DNA from: Tubiluchus corallicola
Lineage: Eukaryota > Animalia > Priapulida
Direction: 5' to 3'
Length of the DNA stretch: 33,302 nucleotides
Assembly (NCBI GenBank): GCA_030141605.1
Contig: JAQGDQ010001594.1
Span: forward strand, 1-33,302
Shown one piece after another: positions 1 through 33,302 of this stretch. The position numbers and the translations under genes were made by a program. The notes below the pieces were generated by a model. It saw nothing but the letters and a program-made list of their open reading frames with translations. It was not told where the DNA came from and searched no databases. Each line of letters begins with the position of its first letter. Positions within the stretch are counted from its first letter, which is position 1.

Positions 1-107
1 AAGAAAAGCTTATTTTAAATGATATAATCTGAGAAACATTACATGAAAATTGCATTACATTTGCACTGAGTTTACGTGTTTGAAAGACTAATGTAACTGA
101 AAAAAAC

Positions 108-336
108 ATTTACCTTGACAACTATGTTTACCTTGGCAACTATGTTTACCTTGACAACTATGTTTACCTTGACAACTATGTTTACCTTGACAACTATGTT
201 TACCTTGGCAACTATGTTTACCTTGACAACTATGTTTATCTTGACAACGATATTTATTTTGACAACGATGTTTATCTTGACAACGATATTTATTTTGACA
301 ACGATGTTTATCTTGACAACGATGTCCTTGACAACT
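108..336. repeat. 18-bp minisatellite (TTTACCTTGACAACTATG), about 12-13 copies
   Basis: Direct periodicity; explains ORFs 72..440 and 115..405. Confidence 0.92.
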
Positions 337-1096
337 AAGAAGTGCTGCAAACCTCCAATTGTAGCCTGTAGCTCTGCAGAGTACCTCTTTCTAACAATCT
401 GCTGATGAAATTTCGTATTCAATTTGTGATTATTCTTCATTTCGTAATCTTTTGATGCACAGGTGGCAAAGATTGAAGCTGATGAAGATGGAATTTTAGA
501 AAACCAGCAAGTGAAGATAAAGTGGATGTCTCAGAACAGTGAACACAATCTATTCTGTTGCAATACCTGATGAATCACACAAACACAATGTAATATAAGC
601 AATATAGTGCAGTGGTGGAACGCCTCCATCTACTTGTCTCAGTTTTCACTCTAGTGAAAGCAATACGGCATTTTTCAACACTACTGAACGGAATCACAGG
701 TGGCTTTAGGGAAAGAGTTAATTGCTAATATATCCGATTTGATGAGGCGCTAACTCTAACCGAATCTATCAATTTTTCAGTTGAATTATTCAATCTAGCT
801 AAATCAGTTGTGGAGAGGTTACGGTCTGACCTACTAAGCAACGTGAAAGCGTTTCCAACTTTTTGTTTATTTGTGCATTTGTTTTAAGTTATTTTTTTTT
901 GTTGTTGAGGATTTTGAATTTATTACGAATATGTTATGAATTTGAATGAATTTGAATCACTCAAACAAGCCGAGAGAGAAGTGAATATTCTGAACTGTAA
1001 TAATGAGTTAATCATTAAGACTGAACTGAAAAATTACCCAACTAAATATTACACCACTCGTGATACAAAGTGAATTTCATCCTACATCATTCCTCC

Positions 1097-1240
1097 ATCT
1101 CTCTCTCTTTCTCTCTCTCTCTCCTCTCTCTCAATCTCTCTCTCTCTCTCTCTTTCTCTATCTCTCTCTTTCTCTCTCTCTCTCTTTCTCTCTCTCTCCT
1201 CTCTCTCAATCTCTCTCTCTCTCTCTCTCCTCTCTCTCAA

Positions 1241-1277
<37 letters not shown>

Positions 1278-1278
1278 A

Positions 1279-1313
<35 letters not shown>

Positions 1314-1315
1314 AT

Positions 1316-1348
<33 letters not shown>

Positions 1349-1450
1349 TTCTCTATCTCCATCCGTCTTTCTCTGTCTTTCGCTCTCTCTCTCTCTTTCA
1401 CTTTCTCAGTCTCTCTCTCCCTCTCTCTCTCTCTCTCTTCTCTCTCTCTT

Positions 1451-1484
<34 letters not shown>

Positions 1485-1615
1485 TCTACCTCTCTCTCTC
1501 TCTCTCTTTCTCTTTCTCTCTCTTTCTCTCTCTTTGTCTCTCTTTCTTAGTCTCTCTCTCTCCCCCCCTCTCTCTCTCTCTCTCTTTGTCTCTCTTTCTC
1601 AGTCTCTCTCTCTCC

Positions 1616-1695
<80 letters not shown>
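1097..1695. repeat. Imperfect (CT)n microsatellite
   Basis: About 600 bp pyrimidine tract. Confidence 0.97.
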
Positions 1696-1696
<1 letters not shown>

Positions 1697-2385
1697 CCAC
1701 AGGTGTAAGTACAACTCTCGTACGACCACATATAACGTCATGCTGGTGCAAGTGTACAAAAAGGTCCCTTCAACTCTCATGGAGCCACCAAGATTACTGA
1801 GGAATTCAGTCAATACCGACGATTAGCAATCTACCAATAGAATTTAACGGCCTGATTTTCTCTATTGATTTTCTTTCTTCTCCTCAAATCCTGGAGGCGA
1901 ATCCCTCGCGGAGGTGATGTTGCTAATCCCCACCCACCCCGCCTCAAATAACACCATAAGGCTATGTCAGTCTTTCCTTTGTTTACATAAACGTTTGAAT
2001 AAGTCTGTCTTTTCTACAGTCTCTTGGACGACAGCATTTAATCCGATTAAACGCCACCGGTCCCCTTACCTGGATCCACCATCAATGGCTTGTGTCGCAG
2101 CATGGTTTGGGATTCAGCGTGTATACGAAAGTATCTAGTAAAACTTCTGCAAATTTGCTCATAGATTAAATGTGAAAAAAAATCGATGACATTTCAATCG
2201 ATTCGAACCCGCAGCTGCCCGCGTAATTTTGGGGATGCGTTTATGGTCGATAATAATTAATATTACCTGCGTGTTCTAGCTTCTCTGCCCTTTTATGGTC
2301 TTAGGTTTCGCCGTATTTTGTTGCATTACCTGGTTTGTTTCGTGCAAAAGCTTTCAAACACAGAGAGATCGTAAAAAAGTTTTAA

Positions 2386-2844
2386 CCCTTTCATACCCGT
2401 TGTATCCCGTGGGATACGAGAAATTTTCTGCCTTTAAGTTTAATAAAATTTTAAAACTGACAGTTATTTGATCTGTTAATAGTTTTATTGATTTAAGCCA
2501 ATAACAATATACTAAAAATGGTGCTAAAATGGCAAACTAGAAAATCTACATAGCATAAAAAAACAGCGCAAGGTACAGTACTTTAGAGACGACTTTGTAC
2601 AGATCAGCATAGCATGCATACTAAATGTCTTAAATACTTTAAAAAATTATCAGCAGTTGCAAAATGAAGCACATTTTATGCTTCCATTGAATCCCAATGT
2701 ATCCCGTGGGATACAGGCTATATTTAGCACGCGGGCACAGGTAGAAAAAAAATTATTATTATGTGTAAACAAGATGGACATACTGAACAAAAGTACCAAG
2801 CCAAAAAAATTTCCTTATTAAAAAATAATTTGGGACTGAAAGGG
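2386..2844. mobile_element. piggyBac-type MITE
   Basis: TTAA|CCCTTTCATACCC ... GGGACTGAAAGGG|TTAA (11/13 TIR match, TTAA TSD); internal near-palindrome TGTATCCCGTGGGATAC at about 2401 and 2698. Confidence 0.85.
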
Positions 2845-2924
2845 TTAAACCGCCCGGGCGGTAATATTACCATCAGCACAGCGTGTAAGTGTGTTGTTAT
2901 AGCATGCTACTGAAAGATCCCTAG

Positions 2925-3142
2925 ATTGTTATTATGGTGATGATATGATGATGATGATGACGACGAACACAGCAACAACGATAACAACGATGACAATTAT
3001 ACCACGACAATGATAGCAACAGAAATATCAACAATGACAACAACATTGGCAGTAGCAACGGCAACAGCAATAGCAGCAACAACAGCCACAAGAGCAAAAG
3101 CAACAACAGCAACTTCAACAACAGCAGCAATAGCAACAACAG
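2925..3142. repeat. Degenerate trinucleotide (GAT/CAA/CAG) low-complexity tract
   Basis: Visible triplet periodicity. Confidence 0.8.
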
Positions 3143-3855
3143 TCATAAGTCATAAGTTTTGCTTAAGTCTCCAATCATCTTGTTTTTGAGGACCAGTCAA
3201 TTGTTGCACCGAAAATGCGAGCAGTCCCCGAGCTGGGATGTAATTGACTACACCACTGCACTACTACTCATGCTTTATGACAGCATCTAAATAAACCACG
3301 GTTGTTGTAATGAAATCTAATGTATATTTGTTTTTGTATATCATCTTGAAATTGCGTCCTTTTGAAGAATATGTAGCCAGTAATACAATATGTACAATTT
3401 TAGATTAAATACTCATAATTGTTTTGAATATATTTCCTGCACTATTTTTCTACGATTATAATTTTCACTAGAAGCCCACTTACAAGTCATGTTACTCTAC
3501 CTCACCACCACCCACCCCTCAACCCCTTTTTAACCTAGGAGTGACCTACCTTCTCATCTGCTATCTGCTCCTGTAAATGTCTTCAAGACGTCCCAGCTGG
3601 TCGTTAAAGCCAAACTGGGATTACAATGTCAATAAACAACCCACTATAGTAGTTTTTGCTGACAGACAACACTGCAATTTATTTGCACGGGTTTACATGG
3701 GGAGATAGGATTCATCCAGGACGGGATAATTATGCGGAAAGGGCAAACGACGTTAAGACTGTCAGTTTTGCTGTCAATGGGAATTTTCGCAGGATAGTTT
3801 TGTGGTGCTCAGTTTGTGAATCTTGATCAAGTTCTAGAACTTTTTCTTACTTTAA

Positions 3856-31202
<27,347 letters not shown>

Positions 31203-31242
31203 GTAGACTGTTCTCATTCTATAATATAGGAAATTCGAATTA

Positions 31243-31753
31243 CTGTAAGGCATAGCTATTAAGCCCAGTATTCAAATAATTGCTATGTAAGCTTCTTTTA
31301 TACATGTTATCAAAGCGGTAATAGTTTTTTACTCGACAAAGTTGTTATTCAGTTTTATCAGGTGGAAAATTAATATGAAATACATATGCCAAAAATACTC
31401 CAAAATACTGCCAAAATAATGCCAAAATACTGCCAAAAAAATGCCAAACTACTGCCAAAAATACAGTAGATTACGCATTTATGATATTTAAACCGCGCGT
31501 ATAAAAATGAAAGAGAAATATCATAAACGCGTGATCTATTGTATTTTTTGGCAGTATTTTGGCAGTATTTTGGCATTATTTTGGCAGTATTTTGGAGTAT
31601 TTTTGGCATATGTATTTCATATTAATTTTCCACCTGATAAAACTGAATAACAACTTTGTCGAGTAAAAAAACTATTACCGCTATGATAACATGTATAAAA
31701 GAAGTTTACATAGCAATTATTTCAATACTGGGCTTAATGGCTATGCCTTACAG
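31243..31753. mobile_element. Foldback/palindromic MITE with about 240-bp arms
   Basis: TA|CTGTAAGGCATAGC ... GCTATGCCTTACAG|TA; arms are near-perfect inverted repeats with internal 11-bp GCCAAAATACT subrepeats and an about 30-bp spacer. Confidence 0.9.
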
Positions 31754-32007
31754 TATTAAACTTCATGCAGGGATAGTAAACGAACACTATGTAGGATGTT
31801 GCGAATTATTGACTATATAAGTGCATTTTTTGAACATAATCTTTTGCCGGGCTTTGGCTGGTTAATAATTATTGTAGAACTTAGGTCTTAAAATCACTTG
31901 TTTAGAATAGTTTTTTTATACAGAAATTTGTTGCGAATAAGGTGGCTCCAACTTACTATCTGCTACGACTGCATCACCAGGAAAAGTTAACCGATAGACA
32001 TCTACAG

Positions 32008-32114
32008 CAAAAAATAGTTTAAAATTTGGATGAATGTACAGCCATTTCATTAGGTCTCTCATATTGTTCCTGGCAACCGTCCATGGCAGGTAATGTGTTT
32101 CCTTATTTAGATAT
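32008..32114 (-). pseudogene. Inverted copy of exon 15 (pseudo-exon)
   Basis: Reverse complement of exon 15 with its acceptor and upstream intron (to about 32256); 3' end altered to aaactattttttgctgtagat. Seen in ORF 31916..32125(-). Confidence 0.9.
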
Positions 32115-32353
32115 CTGAAATACATAAAGCAAGAAAAAAATAACTTTTATAAAATGTTGGTTAATGTAGTGCAGAAGATTGTAGTAAATGTGTACAAATT
32201 CTGTACAAATCATCTGTACAATTTTTCAAACATTTTGCTTCTATTTTCAAAAAATGCACATACAAATACACATACACATATACATACACATAGACACACA
32301 CATACACATACACATACACATACACATGCACATACAAATACACATACACATAC

Positions 32354-33302
32354 ACATACACATATACATATACATGCTATTGGATATTCTGATATCGCAA
32401 TTGTGCACCTATTATAAATTTAAATTTTTCAAAGTTCTCCAATTTTGTGATCCAAATAACATTGTAGGTGCAATATTAACCAAATACAATTGATGAGGCC
32501 TATCACTTTCGATTGACGATATAAGAATTGTAATGCTGCTTAACAATAAAACTCGTCAAATTCGTCAATGGCAAAGCGATAGGCCAATTCATTTGTATTT
32601 GGTTAATAATGGCAATGAACTCTTTGCTTCATTTACAATATAATTATATCAAATAGCTCCCGTCTCGAAGATATTTTTTGTTTTTTGCAGCTCAGCTTAG
32701 CATCTATAATTAAGATTCTAGATGTCTTAACAGTTTATGTATAATCCATTTAGTATAGTATATGTATATAATTTGCCTATATACAGGGTGTCCTGTAAGT
32801 AATTGTACACGTTTCGTTTTCTGTTCATTTTTTTGAAAATAGAAGCAAAATGTTTGAAAAATTGTACAGATGATTTGTACAGAATTTGTACACATTTACT
32901 ACAATCTTCTGCACTACATTAACCAACATTTTATAAAAGTTTTTTTTTTTCTTGCTTTATGTATTTCAGATATCTAAATAAGGAAACACATTACCTGCCA
33001 TGGACGGTTGCCAGGAACAATATGAGAGACCTAATGAAATGGCTGTACATTCATCCAAATTTTAAACTGTTTTTGGTAGACTGTTCTCATTGTATAATAT
33101 AGGAAATTCCAATTACTGTAAGGCATAGCCATTAAGCCCAGTATTCAAATAATTGCTATATAAACTTTTTTTATACATGTTATCATAGCGGTAATAGTTT
33201 TTTTACTCGACAAAGTTGTTATTCAGTTTTATCAGGTGGAAAATTAATATGAAATACATATGCCAAAAATACTCCAAAATACTGCCAAAATAATGCCAAA
33301 AT
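32354..33302 (+). repeat. Local segmental duplication of intron 14/exon 15/intron 15
   Basis: 32354-32873 matches about 29290-29807; 32890-33302 matches about 31018-31430; includes the left end of the mariner MITE (32784) and the left arm of the foldback element (33116 to window end). Confidence 0.92.
32970..33075 (+). CDS. Aminopeptidase exon 15, copy B (direct duplicate, intact splice sites)
   Basis: 106 nt, appears identical to 31097-31202, with the same acceptor and donor. Confidence 0.8.

Noticed and set aside
72-440. VVKVNI / TTMFTL repeat proteins
   Set aside because: Product of the 18-bp minisatellite; no supporting gene structure.
463-1072. Possible upstream exons (VAKIEADEDG... 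at 463; MNLNEFESLKQ... near 936)
   Set aside because: Short frames ending in stops, no recognisable homology, and no phase link to the aminopeptidase that I can support.
1060-1813. Long SL/ER-repeat ORFs (also at 4763-5122 and 13324-13944)
   Set aside because: Translations of (CT)n microsatellites.
31916-32125. Separate minus-strand aminopeptidase gene
   Set aside because: Only one inverted exon copy with an altered donor region; no other minus-strand exons found.

Overview
AT-rich, repeat-rich animal (probably invertebrate) genomic DNA, not prokaryotic. Almost the whole window is one + strand multi-exon gene for an M1-family zinc aminopeptidase (aminopeptidase N/ERAP/aminopeptidase A-like). 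I joined 15 phase-compatible exons from 3856 to 31202 (2544 nt, 848 codons, no stops); the C-terminal exons lie beyond the window. The zinc motif HELAH-X18-E and the catalytic Tyr are intact, but GXMEN is replaced by GGLEH, and the N-terminus looks like a signal peptide plus an acidic pro-region with an RSKR furin-type site. The introns hold Tc1, mariner-type, Kolobok-like and foldback non-autonomous DNA elements, a 5S-headed SINE, a tRNA-headed SINE, an RTE-like short element, minisatellites and microsatellites; a piggyBac-type MITE lies upstream. Main oddities: exon 9's splice donor is amplified into 55 tandem 37-bp copies; exon 15 is present three times (direct, inverted, direct); intron 12 appears to be GC-AG; exon 14 starts with a perfect donor. 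Most long ORFs in the supplied track are microsatellite artefacts. I found no evidence for a new multi-gene system.
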